Shown here piece after piece: positions 17,355-28,914 of a DNA stretch of 64,000 nt; the first letter of the stretch is position 1; each line of letters opens with the position of its first letter. The notes beneath the pieces were generated by a model, which was given only the letters and a program-made list of their open reading frames with translations, ran no database searches and was not told the origin of the DNA. Position numbers and translations under genes: made by a program. The DNA comes from a virus, in the UHGV virus genome UHGV-1882326; one strand, 5' to 3'.

Positions 17355-18482
17355 ATGGGTATTGACGCAAAACGCTTAACTAAACAGCTAACTATAGACG
17401 ATTATAGAAAAGTTGCTGTATCATTAGGTGCTACAGTGATTCACGAAAATGACAGAGAAATATTATTTACTTCTATATGCCATGAGAGAAATCCAGATGG
17501 TAAAAAGAATAAACTTTATTTCTATAAAGATAAAAAGATATTTCTTTGTTATATATGTGACGTTTCTTACTCTGTTTATAGCTTAGTTCAGAAAAGAAAA
17601 AAACTTCTGGGAGAGGAATATACTTTCCCAGAAGCATTACAATATGTTTGTGATGTTTGTAACATTCCGTATGATGATATACAAAGGATTCATAAGAAAA
17701 GTACAAAAGTATATAATTGGGAAGATGATTTAAGTAGATATATTCGTATAAAAAACGGAGATTCACTCACACAAACTTATGATAAAGCTATCTTAGATTT
17801 TTTCCCAAAAATATATCACACTTCTTTTCTTAATGATGGTATAAGTATTCAGACTATGGAAATGTTTGGAATAAGATTTTATCCATATGCTCAACAAATA
17901 GTGATTCCTGTTTTTGATGAGAATGGAGAACTGGTTGGATTACATGGCAGAAATCTCAATCCAGAGTTAGTAGAAATGGGTTACAAGTATCTTCCAGTTA
18001 AACTTGTAGAGAACAATGCAGAATACAGATTTAATGCTTCTACTGTCTTGTACGGACTGAATTGGACAAAAGCAAATATAGAAAATACCAAAGAAGCCAT
18101 TTTATTTGAAGCACCAAAGAGTGTAATGCAAATGGAAGATATATTAACAATCAATAATACTGTTGGTATGTTTGGAATGAATTTGCAAAACGCTAAAAGA
18201 AATAAACTTATCCAATTAGGTGTTGAAAAAATTGGAATTGCTTTAGATAAACAATATCATACGGTATACGATGATAATGGTGAACTTACGGAAGAATACG
18301 TTAAATGGAAAGCAAAAGTAAACAAAATCATTGATAAGTTTAAAGGTTTTGTAAAAGAGATTTATGTTGTCTATGACGATAATGATAAAGAACCTTTGTT
18401 AAGCTATAAAGATTCTCCTTCGGATAAAGGCAAGGAAGTATGGGAAAAATTATATGAAAAAAGAGAAATTGTTGAACAGTAA
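17355..18482 (+). CDS. DNA primase, DnaG-like (Zn-finger plus TOPRIM)
   Basis: N-terminal CHC2-type zinc finger CHERNPDGKKNKLYFY...FLCYIC. Central TOPRIM-like region. Sits in the replication gene block. Confidence 0.55.
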   Translation: MGIDAKRLTKQLTIDDYRKVAVSLGATVIHENDREILFTSICHERNPDGKKNKLYFYKDKKIFLCYICDVSYSVYSLVQKRKKLLGEEYTFPEALQYVCDVCNIPYDDIQRIHKKSTKVYNWEDDLSRYIRIKNGDSLTQTYDKAILDFFPKIYHTSFLNDGISIQTMEMFGIRFYPYAQQIVIPVFDENGELVGLHGRNLNPELVEMGYKYLPVKLVENNAEYRFNASTVLYGLNWTKANIENTKEAILFEAPKSVMQMEDILTINNTVGMFGMNLQNAKRNKLIQLGVEKIGIALDKQYHTVYDDNGELTEEYVKWKAKVNKIIDKFKGFVKEIYVVYDDNDKEPLLSYKDSPSDKGKEVWEKLYEKREIVEQ

Positions 18483-18690
18483 AAAAGAATCATATAATTG
18501 GTTAAGATTTTTTGGTGAATTGATATTGGTTGTTTTAATCTCACCGATTTTAATTGTATTAACTATTGTATTTGTTATTGCAGAATGGTTAATAAAATTA
18601 TATGAGAAACATTTCAAAAAGCATTGACATATCGTACAAAATATGTTATGATAAATCTATCAAATTAATAACGAAAGGAAAATATAAACA

Positions 18691-19515
18691 ATGGCAGAGA
18701 ACACAACTGAATTAAAAGAAGTAGAGTTAGAACTTAACAAGGTGGTTTTAACAGGAACTATCACAGAGGATTTTACTTATCATCATTCCACAAAAGGAGC
18801 AAATATTTATAAGAGTTTCATTTGTGTAAAAAGAGATAGTGGTACTGATGATGTACTTCCTATCATGGCTTCTGAAAAACTCCTTAAAGAAGCATTTTCA
18901 CTTACTGAGGAAAAGTCCTACGGCTCACAGAATTACACAGTCTGCGTTGAAGGAATTATGGCTTCTTACAACGAGCATATTGAAAACGGCAAGAGTAAGT
19001 TAATCTTATTTGTTAAACCAAATAATATCTTAATCGTTGCTGACAATACAAAACCAAGTAATAACATTGAAATTACTGGTTATATTGTAAAAGATGTAAT
19101 TGTAAGAAAAACCCCCGGTCTTAAAGATGAGAAAGGTATTTGGGTTAAGCAGGAAAGAACTATTGCTGATGTTATGTTAGGTGTTAATATTAATACAAAT
19201 AAGCGTAGTGTATCTTATTACATTCCTTGTATCTTTTGGGGCAAAGCCGCTTCTGCTATTGGTAAATTAGGAATTGGTACACAGGTTAATATTCATGGAC
19301 GTGTTCAGAGTAGAAAGTACAATAAGCGATATGAAAACGGTAATGTTGAAGAAAAGATTGCTTATGAAATTTCTGTAGCAGATGCAATGTTAGTTAGCAA
19401 AAACGGTGAAGTAAGCAATTTAGTGAAAGTTGAACCAAAGAAACCTGTAAAAGAAAAACGTAATAAAGTCACAGTAAAAACTAGACATAATCCAAATGGA
19501 TTCAACTTAGATTAA
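18691..19515 (+). CDS. putative OB-fold ssDNA-binding protein (two OB-like repeats)
   Basis: LNKVVLTGTITEDFTYHHSTKGANIYKSFICV resembles an SSB N-terminal OB fold. Second repeat ITGYIVKDVIV...IPCIFWGKAA. No acidic tail. Confidence 0.3.
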   Translation: MAENTTELKEVELELNKVVLTGTITEDFTYHHSTKGANIYKSFICVKRDSGTDDVLPIMASEKLLKEAFSLTEEKSYGSQNYTVCVEGIMASYNEHIENGKSKLILFVKPNNILIVADNTKPSNNIEITGYIVKDVIVRKTPGLKDEKGIWVKQERTIADVMLGVNINTNKRSVSYYIPCIFWGKAASAIGKLGIGTQVNIHGRVQSRKYNKRYENGNVEEKIAYEISVADAMLVSKNGEVSNLVKVEPKKPVKEKRNKVTVKTRHNPNGFNLD

Positions 19516-19575
19516 TTCAGAAAAAAGTAAAAGCACTCTTATATAAGGGTGCTTTTATTAGTATAAGGAGTATAT

Positions 19576-21291
19576 ATGCAAGTAAAAGAAATTTTGCCTA
19601 ATATTGATTTGTCAAGATGGGAAGAACAATATTTAGAAGCGTTTGGTATTAAAGATGTTGAAGAATATTTGTATCCTACTTACAAATACGTAGAACGCCC
19701 AGAACGATATGATAATATGGAAGAAGGAAAAGAATTATTACACAAGATATTAAGCAATCAGACTAATCATATAGGAATTGTACAAGATTGCGACTGTGAC
19801 GGTTTGTTTTCTGCTGTTATGATGTATAATTTTCTTAAAAACGATTTAAAAGTTAAGAATCCTATTTTCATATATTTTCATTCAGATAAAAAACATGGTA
19901 TTACAGAAAACGTACAGAACTGGGTACTGCATAATGAAATTAATTTGTTAATTGTGCCAGATGCAGGTAGCAATGACTATCAAACACAAGAAGATTTGAA
20001 TTTCCTTAATACCCATATATTGATAATAGACCATCACAAGATTGCTCCGTATAAAAGGGAATATATTAGTAATTATGAAACAGTGGTGATTAGTAATCAG
20101 CAAGGTTGGGTAAAGAATAAATGCCTTAGTGGTACTGGTGTTGTGAATAAATTTATTAAATATTATTGTAATAATACTCAAAGTTGTAAAACAAGTGTAA
20201 GTGCAAAATATGTAGACTTGGTAGCATTTAGTTTAGTGTCTGATAATTGCAATATGCTTTCACAAGAGAATAGAGATTTTCTAATGGTAGGCACTTCTAT
20301 AGCAAATATGCAGAATGAATTTTTAGCTTATCTGAATGAAAATTTAAACTATACTAATGAAGTTACTTGGAAGTCGATAGGATTTATGATATGTCCTTAT
20401 CTTAACGCAGTATGTAGGAGTGACAACCAACAATTGAAAGCTGAATTGTTTTTCTGTTTTACTGATAGTCATTCAGAAATGTTTGAAAGCGTACTAGCCA
20501 AAATTAAAGACCAGAAAGCTATACAGGATAAGATTGTCGCTGAAACGGTTAAAGACGGCTGTAGCATGGTTCTACGCACTGATAACGTACCGTTGTTAGG
20601 TATCAAGTATCTTGAAAACGTGGAACAGTACCCTTACACTGGTTTGATTGCCAATAAACTGAAAGATGAAACTCCGATTGTATTTGCTACACATGAAAGT
20701 AATGGTTGTGTAACTGGTTCTTGCCGGTCTGATTATGAAATCCTTGAACTATGTCAAGATAGTGGGTTATTTGAAATTGCACAAGGACACGATAAAGCCT
20801 TTGGAATTGAATATAAAAAAGAAAATGAAGAAAAGATTTATAAATATATTCAAGATAAATTTACTAATGAAAAGATAGAATTACCGTCAATTCCAGTTGT
20901 AAAAAGTTATGATTTGGAAAAAGATAATTTGCCAAAATGTTTGTTTGGGTTTGCAGACCAATGGGAATGTATTTGGAATAATGATTTAATTAAACCAGTT
21001 TTTGCCATTGATTTTAAGTTGAATGTTTCTGATGTAGAGGTAATTGGAAAAGACAAAAAGACGCTACGGTTTAGTAAAGATGGGGTAACATTCATTAAGT
21101 TTAAAGAGAGTGAGAACTGGTTAGATGATATGTCAGAACGGCTTGTACTGGCTTCTACTATTTGCAACCTATCTATAAATTATTGGAATGGTCGGAAATA
21201 TTATCAAGTCATTATTGAAGAATGGGAAATTAAGGAAATTCCACAAGAAGTAAAAAAAACTAAAGCGATTTCATGGGACGATGTATGGTAA
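19576..21291 (+). CDS. recJ: RecJ-like DHH-family ssDNA exonuclease / phosphoesterase
   Basis: DHH motifs IGIVQDCDCDGLFS, PDAGSND, HILIIDHH. Confidence 0.6.
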   Translation: MQVKEILPNIDLSRWEEQYLEAFGIKDVEEYLYPTYKYVERPERYDNMEEGKELLHKILSNQTNHIGIVQDCDCDGLFSAVMMYNFLKNDLKVKNPIFIYFHSDKKHGITENVQNWVLHNEINLLIVPDAGSNDYQTQEDLNFLNTHILIIDHHKIAPYKREYISNYETVVISNQQGWVKNKCLSGTGVVNKFIKYYCNNTQSCKTSVSAKYVDLVAFSLVSDNCNMLSQENRDFLMVGTSIANMQNEFLAYLNENLNYTNEVTWKSIGFMICPYLNAVCRSDNQQLKAELFFCFTDSHSEMFESVLAKIKDQKAIQDKIVAETVKDGCSMVLRTDNVPLLGIKYLENVEQYPYTGLIANKLKDETPIVFATHESNGCVTGSCRSDYEILELCQDSGLFEIAQGHDKAFGIEYKKENEEKIYKYIQDKFTNEKIELPSIPVVKSYDLEKDNLPKCLFGFADQWECIWNNDLIKPVFAIDFKLNVSDVEVIGKDKKTLRFSKDGVTFIKFKESENWLDDMSERLVLASTICNLSINYWNGRKYYQVIIEEWEIKEIPQEVKKTKAISWDDVW

Positions 21292-21297
21292 AATGTA

Positions 21298-21780
21298 TTG
21301 ATTTTATATAAATTCTATGATATAATAGAGAATATGAAAGGAGAAATTATGGAAAAATTTAAAGACAAAACTTATGTTGTAGTTTGTAGTGATTTTGAAA
21401 AAGCTAGAAACGCCATGAGAAAAGAAATGTATAAGCATTATCAAAGAGATAGTGACGAACCAAGTATTACCAGAGAAATTAAAAGTACAATGATTAATGG
21501 TAGTAAAATCAAAGAAACTTGCAGAGGGAATTTAAGATTAATGGAAAATGTTGATAAAAATTATCTTTTTGGATATATTTATTCCAGATTAAATCCTTTT
21601 GAAAGTATTAAGATTTCATGGCTGAATATTGGTGAATTTAAGAATCCGTCAAAAGGTAATTTTGGATTTTATGATGATGTTGTAAAAATTATTATTGTAG
21701 GTAATGACGGTTTATCGTTTTATCTTGATAATTTAAAGAAAAGTTTTGGTGCAGACGTAGAAATTGAAATTGTGATGTAA
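21298..21780 (+). CDS. hypothetical protein (likely start at MEKFKDK, 21349)
   Basis: RBS GAAAGGAGAAATTATG. Confidence 0.3.
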   Translation: MILYKFYDIIENMKGEIMEKFKDKTYVVVCSDFEKARNAMRKEMYKHYQRDSDEPSITREIKSTMINGSKIKETCRGNLRLMENVDKNYLFGYIYSRLNPFESIKISWLNIGEFKNPSKGNFGFYDDVVKIIIVGNDGLSFYLDNLKKSFGADVEIEIVM

Positions 21781-21794
21781 AAGGAGAGAATGTT

Positions 21795-22190
21795 ATGATT
21801 AATGATGTAACTTATGAACTGATTAGAATTGTAAAGAAAATTGATTTAAACAATAATCTGTTTGAGAGAACGGAAGAAAGCAACATTAGTAAAATTGTAA
21901 ATAAGGATATTGAGAATGTTATTAAAGAAATGGTGGAAACTGATAGCCAGTTCAGATTTAAGAAAAGCATTTTCGATAGACAATACAAAATGAGTGTTGA
22001 TTATTCAAAATGTGGTGAAGTGGTTATTAAACCTAAAGAAGGGTTGGGGTTGGTAACTATTATGGAGATTGATGAATTTTTAGAGGTGCTGAGTTTTAGG
22101 ATTTATAAAGGGATTGAGAAAGCAAAAGAAGAGCATGAAAATTGGAAGTTATGGAAAATGAATAAGGTGAAGTTAGAGAAATATATTTAA
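21795..22190 (+). CDS. hypothetical protein (131 aa)
   Basis: RBS AAAGGAGAGAATG. Confidence 0.3.
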   Translation: MINDVTYELIRIVKKIDLNNNLFERTEESNISKIVNKDIENVIKEMVETDSQFRFKKSIFDRQYKMSVDYSKCGEVVIKPKEGLGLVTIMEIDEFLEVLSFRIYKGIEKAKEEHENWKLWKMNKVKLEKYI

Positions 22191-22212
22191 GTTGTACTAA
22201 AGGAGAATTAAT

Positions 22213-25200
22213 ATGATTGATACTTATACTACTTTGCATTGCCATTCAGAAATAAGTTCGGCTGTATTAAGATTTGCTGATGCTATATGTCATATTAAAG
22301 ATAGTATGGAATGGTGTTATGAAAATAATCTTAGAGGTTATGCCATTACTGACCATCAAAGCTGTAGCGGATATGTCACTCTTGAACAGAGTTACAATGC
22401 TTTAAATGTCGAAAGACCATTTCAGCATATCTTTGGTAATGAATGTTATTTAATTTCACAAGACGAAGATAATTTAAGATTCTCAGAAAATCAACGTCCT
22501 TATTATTGGCATTATTTAGTAAATGTACTTGACCCAGAGGGTTTAAAGCAGATGTATGAATTATCTGCTAGAGCATGGCTACGGAGTTATACTTATAAAG
22601 GTTTACTCCGTAGACCTAATTTCTATTCAGATTTTGAAGAAGTAGTAGGAAATAACCCCGGACATTTAGTTGTTTCAACAGCTTGTGTTTCTGGATATTT
22701 ACCACATTGTATCTTAACAGATGATATGGTAAACGGTGATAAATTTATTAAATGGAATCAGCAAGTATTTGGCAAAGATAATTTTTATCTTGAATGTCAG
22801 CCTTGTTATTCTGATAATGAAGAACAGATAAAAGTAAATAAAGCGTTATGGAAAATTCACGAAGAAAAAAATATTCCTATTATTGTTACTACTGACGCTC
22901 ATTATCAAAGACCAGAAGATAGATTTATTCATACTACGTTTTTAAAAAGTAAAGACGGCGGTGATAGTAGAGAACCAGAAAAATTTTATAAAACTACTTA
23001 TTTATTTACACCACAAGAATTAAGAGAAAGATTATACGATAGTGGTTTTAACGATAATCAGATTGATATAATGTTTCAGACCACTAATGAAATCGCAAAT
23101 AAAGTACAACCTATTATCATTAAGAAAACTACCAGAGTACCAAGCTTACCTAGTTTACCAGATTTTGAGATTAAGCATAAATATAAAGAATATTACGAAA
23201 AATACGAATATATAAAATATTATGCTAATTCAGACGATATAAAAGAACGCCATTATTATTACGAAATAGAAAAAGGCTTGATTAAGTTATTTGATAAACA
23301 CCCAGAATATGATTTAGAGAAATATTTGGCAAGAGCAAATATTGAAATGAAGCAAGTCTATGAATTAAGCGAAATATTCAAAGGTAGAATGTCTGATTAT
23401 TTTACTGTTGTACAGAAAGTAATTGATTTAATTTGGACTGAGGGTGATAGTTATGTAGGGATTGGCAGAGGTAGCGCAGGAGCGTGGCTTACAAACTATT
23501 TACTTGGTGTTACTGGAATAGACCCTGTGCCAGATAACATAAAGGATTTCTATAGATGGTGGAGATTTTGTAGCACTTCTCGCTCCTCTTCGCTGATGGA
23601 CATTGATATAGATATTCAAAGCTTTAAAAAAGAAAAAGTTATAAAAGCTATAAAGAATTACTTTGGCGAAAGAAGAGTTTGTCAATGTGTAACATGGGGA
23701 ACATTATCTTCTAAGACAGCTTTTGAACGAGCAGGTAAAGGTTTAGGTATTCCAGAAGAGCAAATTTCTTACATTAAGGCACTCATACCTGTTAAGAGGG
23801 GGTTTATATATTCTATAGATGATTGTTTAAACGGCAACAAGAAAAAAGAAAGAGAAAAAGTTCCAGAATTTATAAAAGAAGTAAATAAATATCCAGAACT
23901 ACTTAGAGTTGCGAAAGCTTTTGAGGGAATGATAGTTTCTTCGGGAACTCACGCAGGTGCTGTAAATATTCTTAAAGGTGATTTTACTGAAACTGGTTCA
24001 TTAATGGTTTCTACAAACGGAAGTATAGTAAGTCAATATGATTTACACCAAGCAGAATACGCCGGTGATTTAAAATTTGATTTACTTTCTATTGATTGTC
24101 TTGAACTTTTAAGAGCGGAAATGGATAGTCTTTTAGAACATGGCTATATTAAATGGCAAGGTAATTTAAGAAATACTTATAACTATTATCTTGGATATGA
24201 ACAATTAGATAAAACTAATAAATCAATGTGGAATGAATTACCTAAAATGTTAAAAGCTTTTCAGTTTGATAGTATGGCAGGTAATCAAGCTTTAAAAAAA
24301 ATTAATCCACAAAATTTAACTGAATTAACATTAGCAAATGGTTTAATGAGATTGCAGACCGCTGAAACAGAACAGCCTATGGATAGATATGTTCGTTATA
24401 AAAATGATATTAATGAATGGTATAAGGATATGACTGCTTATGGTTTAAACAAAGAAGAGCAATCTATATTAAATGAATATTTATTTCCTTATTGTGGAAT
24501 GTGTATTTCTCAAACTACAGTAATGTCTTTACTTATGGACAAAAGGATTTGTGGGTTTAATTTAAAAGAAGCTGACCTCGCCAGAAGAAGTATAGCCAAA
24601 AAATCAGCAGAAGCTTTAGCTAGAACAGAAACTAATTTATATGAAAAAGGTAAGGAAATTGGTAACAGAAAAGTATTTTTAGACTATATTTGGTTAGTAC
24701 AAATTGCTATGTCTTGGAGCTACAGCTTCGATTTTTCTCATAGTTTTTCGTACAGTTCTGAGTGTTTACAAGAAATGAACCTTTATACAAAATACCCGAA
24801 AGTATTTTGGAATTGTGCTGTAGTAACAACACAAGCCCAGTCAGAAGATGAAAGAGAACGTGCTTCTAAGACAAAAAATTATAGTAAAATTGCTCAATCT
24901 ATTTACAAAGCAAAAGAAAATAATGTATTAGTTGATACACCAGATATTAACAAGTCTGAATTATCTTTTACGCCTTTAGTAGAGGAAGATAAAATTTTAT
25001 TTGGACTTGGTGGTGTAACTAAAATCAATCGTGATGTTTATTCAGATATTTTATCTGGTAGACCATACAATTCATTTAAGGAATTTTACGATTATCATAA
25101 AACTCATAAATTTTCTACAAACGAAGTTGACGAAAACGGTAATATAATTTATCGCAATTCGTCAGTAACACGCAGTATCATGGTTGTATTAATCAAGTCT

Positions 25201-26190
25201 GGGTGTTTCAATTATTACTCTACAGATAGGGTATCCATGGTTAAATGGTTGGTAACTTGGGAGTTTCCTGCTAAGACGGAACTTTCTACGTCTAATCTTC
25301 CTAAAGCCTTAGAATTGGGTTGTACTTTTTCACCTACTCTTGTAAAAGCATATAGGTTTAGAAAATATGTATTAAGTCCACAGTTCTTTTACAAGAAGAA
25401 TGATAATTTTAAATCCAAAAAAGATTATATATTAGAGCCTAAGTTTGCAAGACCTTACTTTGAAGAAAAATATATTGATAGGCTTACCGAGGATAAAGAT
25501 TACTACTACGAAAATGATATGCTTATTGTAGTGGACAAATCTTTAGATAAAGTATTAAAACCAGAACTTGAAGCGTTATCAAAAGAAATGAATAACGAGA
25601 GTATTATAAAGGAATTTAATAAGAAAAATTGGCAGAATGAATATCTCAATCTTGTTAAAACTGAAAATCAAGAAATGTGGTATTTTGATACTGTATCTTA
25701 TTTTCCAGAAAAACATGTGTTATGGGGAATCGATAAAAACTTTTATAATATTCAAGATTACAAAGATTTACCGCAAGAGCCACAGTTTATTGAAAAATCT
25801 GATAAGTCTGGTAAACGCACTTGGCGAATTTATGATTTATCTAAAATAGCAGGGTGTGTTTTATCACGTCAAGATGATAAACATTATCTTAATGTTTTAA
25901 CAACTGACGGAAAAGTTGTTATCGTTAGATTTAACGCAGGACAATATGCTTATTATAAACGTGATATTGCGGAAACAGACGAATACGAAGCAGACAAATC
26001 TTGGTTGTCAAGAGGAAGTATATTGATTATCAGTGGCTATCGTAGAGGTGAGGATGAATTTGTAGCAAAAAAATATCGTAATTCTATTTATCGTCACAGT
26101 GTAATCAAAGTAACCAATATTAACCCAGACCGTAGTTTAGATTTACAGTTTGATCGTATTGATAAATTGGACGAAGGAGATGATATTTAA
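22213..26190 (+). CDS. dnaE: DNA polymerase III alpha subunit-like replicative polymerase (PHP domain plus DnaE/PolC core)
   Basis: N-terminal PHP motif LHCHSEISS...ITDHQS. 1325 aa. Multi-domain C-family polymerase architecture. Confidence 0.75.
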   Translation: MIDTYTTLHCHSEISSAVLRFADAICHIKDSMEWCYENNLRGYAITDHQSCSGYVTLEQSYNALNVERPFQHIFGNECYLISQDEDNLRFSENQRPYYWHYLVNVLDPEGLKQMYELSARAWLRSYTYKGLLRRPNFYSDFEEVVGNNPGHLVVSTACVSGYLPHCILTDDMVNGDKFIKWNQQVFGKDNFYLECQPCYSDNEEQIKVNKALWKIHEEKNIPIIVTTDAHYQRPEDRFIHTTFLKSKDGGDSREPEKFYKTTYLFTPQELRERLYDSGFNDNQIDIMFQTTNEIANKVQPIIIKKTTRVPSLPSLPDFEIKHKYKEYYEKYEYIKYYANSDDIKERHYYYEIEKGLIKLFDKHPEYDLEKYLARANIEMKQVYELSEIFKGRMSDYFTVVQKVIDLIWTEGDSYVGIGRGSAGAWLTNYLLGVTGIDPVPDNIKDFYRWWRFCSTSRSSSLMDIDIDIQSFKKEKVIKAIKNYFGERRVCQCVTWGTLSSKTAFERAGKGLGIPEEQISYIKALIPVKRGFIYSIDDCLNGNKKKEREKVPEFIKEVNKYPELLRVAKAFEGMIVSSGTHAGAVNILKGDFTETGSLMVSTNGSIVSQYDLHQAEYAGDLKFDLLSIDCLELLRAEMDSLLEHGYIKWQGNLRNTYNYYLGYEQLDKTNKSMWNELPKMLKAFQFDSMAGNQALKKINPQNLTELTLANGLMRLQTAETEQPMDRYVRYKNDINEWYKDMTAYGLNKEEQSILNEYLFPYCGMCISQTTVMSLLMDKRICGFNLKEADLARRSIAKKSAEALARTETNLYEKGKEIGNRKVFLDYIWLVQIAMSWSYSFDFSHSFSYSSECLQEMNLYTKYPKVFWNCAVVTTQAQSEDERERASKTKNYSKIAQSIYKAKENNVLVDTPDINKSELSFTPLVEEDKILFGLGGVTKINRDVYSDILSGRPYNSFKEFYDYHKTHKFSTNEVDENGNIIYRNSSVTRSIMVVLIKSGCFNYYSTDRVSMVKWLVTWEFPAKTELSTSNLPKALELGCTFSPTLVKAYRFRKYVLSPQFFYKKNDNFKSKKDYILEPKFARPYFEEKYIDRLTEDKDYYYENDMLIVVDKSLDKVLKPELEALSKEMNNESIIKEFNKKNWQNEYLNLVKTENQEMWYFDTVSYFPEKHVLWGIDKNFYNIQDYKDLPQEPQFIEKSDKSGKRTWRIYDLSKIAGCVLSRQDDKHYLNVLTTDGKVVIVRFNAGQYAYYKRDIAETDEYEADKSWLSRGSILIISGYRRGEDEFVAKKYRNSIYRHSVIKVTNINPDRSLDLQFDRIDKLDEGDDI

Positions 26191-26432
26191 TGCCTAATCC
26201 AGTAGGTAGACCACCAATCTATCCAAAAGAAAATTGCTCAGATTGTGACCATTGTATCTATGATAAAAACCATAAATTAGATACTTGTATATTCACATTT
26301 AATTTCTTTGAAGCAAGGAAAACCCCTAGGTGTGAAAACTTTACTAATGAATATGGTAATCCATACCGTAAGAAAAAGGTTATTAAAACTACAAAGAAAT
26401 TAAGAAAAATTAAAAGGAAAAGAGAGATTTAG
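26190..26432 (+). CDS. small Zn-ribbon protein with basic tail (80 aa)
   Basis: CSDCDHC...C...C pattern. Lys/Arg-rich C-terminus. Overlaps the polymerase stop (TAATG). Confidence 0.3.
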   Translation: MPNPVGRPPIYPKENCSDCDHCIYDKNHKLDTCIFTFNFFEARKTPRCENFTNEYGNPYRKKKVIKTTKKLRKIKRKREI

Positions 26433-26534
26433 TTCTCTCTTTTCTTTATTTTCTATTGACAAAATGCTTGAATTATGCTATAATTTTCCTAGAGTTGAGA
26501 TAATATTATCAAATTTAAATAAGGAGAAAACATT

Positions 26535-28895
26535 ATGGAGAATATCATTAAAAATGTCAAATGTAAAATTGTTAGACAAATTTACGCTTCTAATAATTTT
26601 CGTACATTCGGTTGTATTTTAACAGACAACAAAGACGAAGATAAAATTGTATTAAACAAATATGGTAACTTTACTATTTCTGGTGATTTACCTTTCCTTA
26701 ATGAAGGTGAAGAATATACTTTAGACCTTAAAAAAACTACTCACCCTAGATTTGGTGTTCAATACACAGTAGATAAAGTTGCTGACTATGAAATGATGAG
26801 TGACTTAGACCATATGCCAGTTGAACAGTCTAAGGAAATTCTTACAAAATTCACCACAGAAAAACAAGCTGATACATTACTTTCGGTTTATCCTAATTTC
26901 ATTTCCATGATTATCAATGGTAAAGCAAATGAGATTGATTTATCTAAATTGAAAAACATTAAAGAATACCGTATGAATTGTTATATTAGAGAAATCAATA
27001 CACGTTTCAAATACTACTATATACTAGCCAATAACAAGCAGTACAAGCTGACTATTAAGGATTGTCAAGAATTAGATAACCTTTATGGTACTGTAGAGCA
27101 TGTAGATGAAAATATTCAGAAATACCCTTATAAAGTATTTATGGACAATTTACATAGGAGCTTTCCAACGGTGGATAAAATGCTTATGGAGATTCGTCCA
27201 GAATTAAAAGAAACAAATGATAGAATTGAACACTTGGCACTACACATTCTCAATCTTAACGAAGAAGATAACAATACTTATATGGACGCAAATACTATGG
27301 CTATGTATTGTGCCGAAATAGATAAAGATTGTATTAAACATATTAAGGATATTTGTGTTAATAGTCCACTTATTTGGTATGATGATGAAAGTAAGCGTAT
27401 CGCAAAAGCAGAAACGTATATAGCTGAAAGTAATATTGCTAATTTTATCTTGGATAAGATTAAAAATAATAAAGAGTTAGATTTGCCTTGGGAAAGATAT
27501 AAAAAGATTAAAGATGGTGAATTGACGGAAGAACAGAGTGAATTACTACATCAATTTTGCAAAAAGTCAATAGTAATGCTTACTGGCTCTGGCGGTACAG
27601 GCAAATCTTCCTGTGTAATGGCATTGCTTTCCATGTTAGACGATAACGGAATTTCATATACTCTTCTCGCTCCGACTGGTCGCAGTTCTAAGAGATTAGC
27701 TGAACAAACTAATAAAATGGCTTATACAATTCACAAAAGATGTTTAACTAATGAGATAGATTCTGATGTAATCATAGGAGATGAAATTAGCATGTGGGGA
27801 CTAGAACATTATAATATGGTAATAAAAGCATGTACAAACCCTAAAGTACGTTTGGTTCTTTTAGGTGATGAACATCAGCTACCGTCTATTGCTTTAGGTA
27901 ATGTTATGAATGATTTTATTAAAGCTGATATTATTCCTAATATTAAACTTACCAAAGTATTCCGTTATGGACAAGGCGGCTTATCAGCAGTAGCAAAAGA
28001 CATTTACGATAAAAAACTTTACACAACACAGCTTAACCCAGATAAACTTATCAATACTCTTGGTGCTAACAAAGACTACACTTTAATCAAAGCTGATGGT
28101 ACACCAGAACAGATTGTAGATGTTTATGTAGAGAAAATCAACAAAGGTATTAAACCTATTGATATTGCTGTTATTACCCCGTGGAATGTTAAAGAACTTG
28201 GCACTTACAATCTTAACAATATGATACAATCGGCTATCAATCCATCTAAAGCAAATGAACGTAGTGTTACAAGGCAGTACAGCAAAGTAACAATCACTTT
28301 TAGAAAAGGTGATATAGTGATGAACACTAAAAACAATTACTCCGTTCCTACTTATGAGGGCTATAAAGAAATGTTAGACGAGGGTAATAACGATACTACA
28401 CTTATCACGAAAACGATTGCGGTATTTAACGGTGATATTGGAAAAGTCCTTGAAATCGACCAGTTTAACAATATTATAATTCAGTTTAATGAAGATATGG
28501 TAGTATTTGATTATTCTTTAGCCCAGAATCTTGTACTTGGATATTGTGGAACTATTCATAAATATCAAGGTTCGCAGTGTCCACATATCATCTTACTTAC
28601 GGAAACTTGCCATGAAAAGAGTTATAATAACAATTTGCTTTATACTGGTGTTTCAAGAGCAAGTAAAGAAGTAACTCATATTGCTGATATTGGGCTTGTT
28701 AATCGTTGTATACCTATTGATGGAAACGAAAATAGACAGACACAGTTGAAAGACCTTTTACTTGACGGTTACAAGAAAATTTCAGAGGATTACAACTCAG
28801 TAACAGACAGTACAGACGTTTCTGATACGGAAGATGAAGAAGATTACGAAGATGAAGATGATAGCTTAGATTTAGATTTTGATGATTGGGATTAA
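26535..28895 (+). CDS. SF1 ATP-dependent DNA helicase, RecD2/AAA_30-UvrD_C-like, acidic C-terminal tail
   Basis: Walker A IVMLTGSGGTGKSS. Motif II LLGDEHQLPS. C-terminal LVLGYCGTIHKYQGSQC. Terminal DTEDEEDYEDEDDSLDLDFDDWD. Confidence 0.65.
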   Translation: MENIIKNVKCKIVRQIYASNNFRTFGCILTDNKDEDKIVLNKYGNFTISGDLPFLNEGEEYTLDLKKTTHPRFGVQYTVDKVADYEMMSDLDHMPVEQSKEILTKFTTEKQADTLLSVYPNFISMIINGKANEIDLSKLKNIKEYRMNCYIREINTRFKYYYILANNKQYKLTIKDCQELDNLYGTVEHVDENIQKYPYKVFMDNLHRSFPTVDKMLMEIRPELKETNDRIEHLALHILNLNEEDNNTYMDANTMAMYCAEIDKDCIKHIKDICVNSPLIWYDDESKRIAKAETYIAESNIANFILDKIKNNKELDLPWERYKKIKDGELTEEQSELLHQFCKKSIVMLTGSGGTGKSSCVMALLSMLDDNGISYTLLAPTGRSSKRLAEQTNKMAYTIHKRCLTNEIDSDVIIGDEISMWGLEHYNMVIKACTNPKVRLVLLGDEHQLPSIALGNVMNDFIKADIIPNIKLTKVFRYGQGGLSAVAKDIYDKKLYTTQLNPDKLINTLGANKDYTLIKADGTPEQIVDVYVEKINKGIKPIDIAVITPWNVKELGTYNLNNMIQSAINPSKANERSVTRQYSKVTITFRKGDIVMNTKNNYSVPTYEGYKEMLDEGNNDTTLITKTIAVFNGDIGKVLEIDQFNNIIIQFNEDMVVFDYSLAQNLVLGYCGTIHKYQGSQCPHIILLTETCHEKSYNNNLLYTGVSRASKEVTHIADIGLVNRCIPIDGNENRQTQLKDLLLDGYKKISEDYNSVTDSTDVSDTEDEEDYEDEDDSLDLDFDDWD

Positions 28896-28914
28896 ATTGA
28901 AAGGAAGTGATAAT

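Noticed and set aside
23500-25849. ORFs 23500..23685 (-) and 25637..25849 (+) within the polymerase gene
   Set aside because: Antisense or out-of-frame inside the 1325-aa PolIII-alpha-like gene. No RBS. Composition consistent with chance ORFs in AT-rich DNA.
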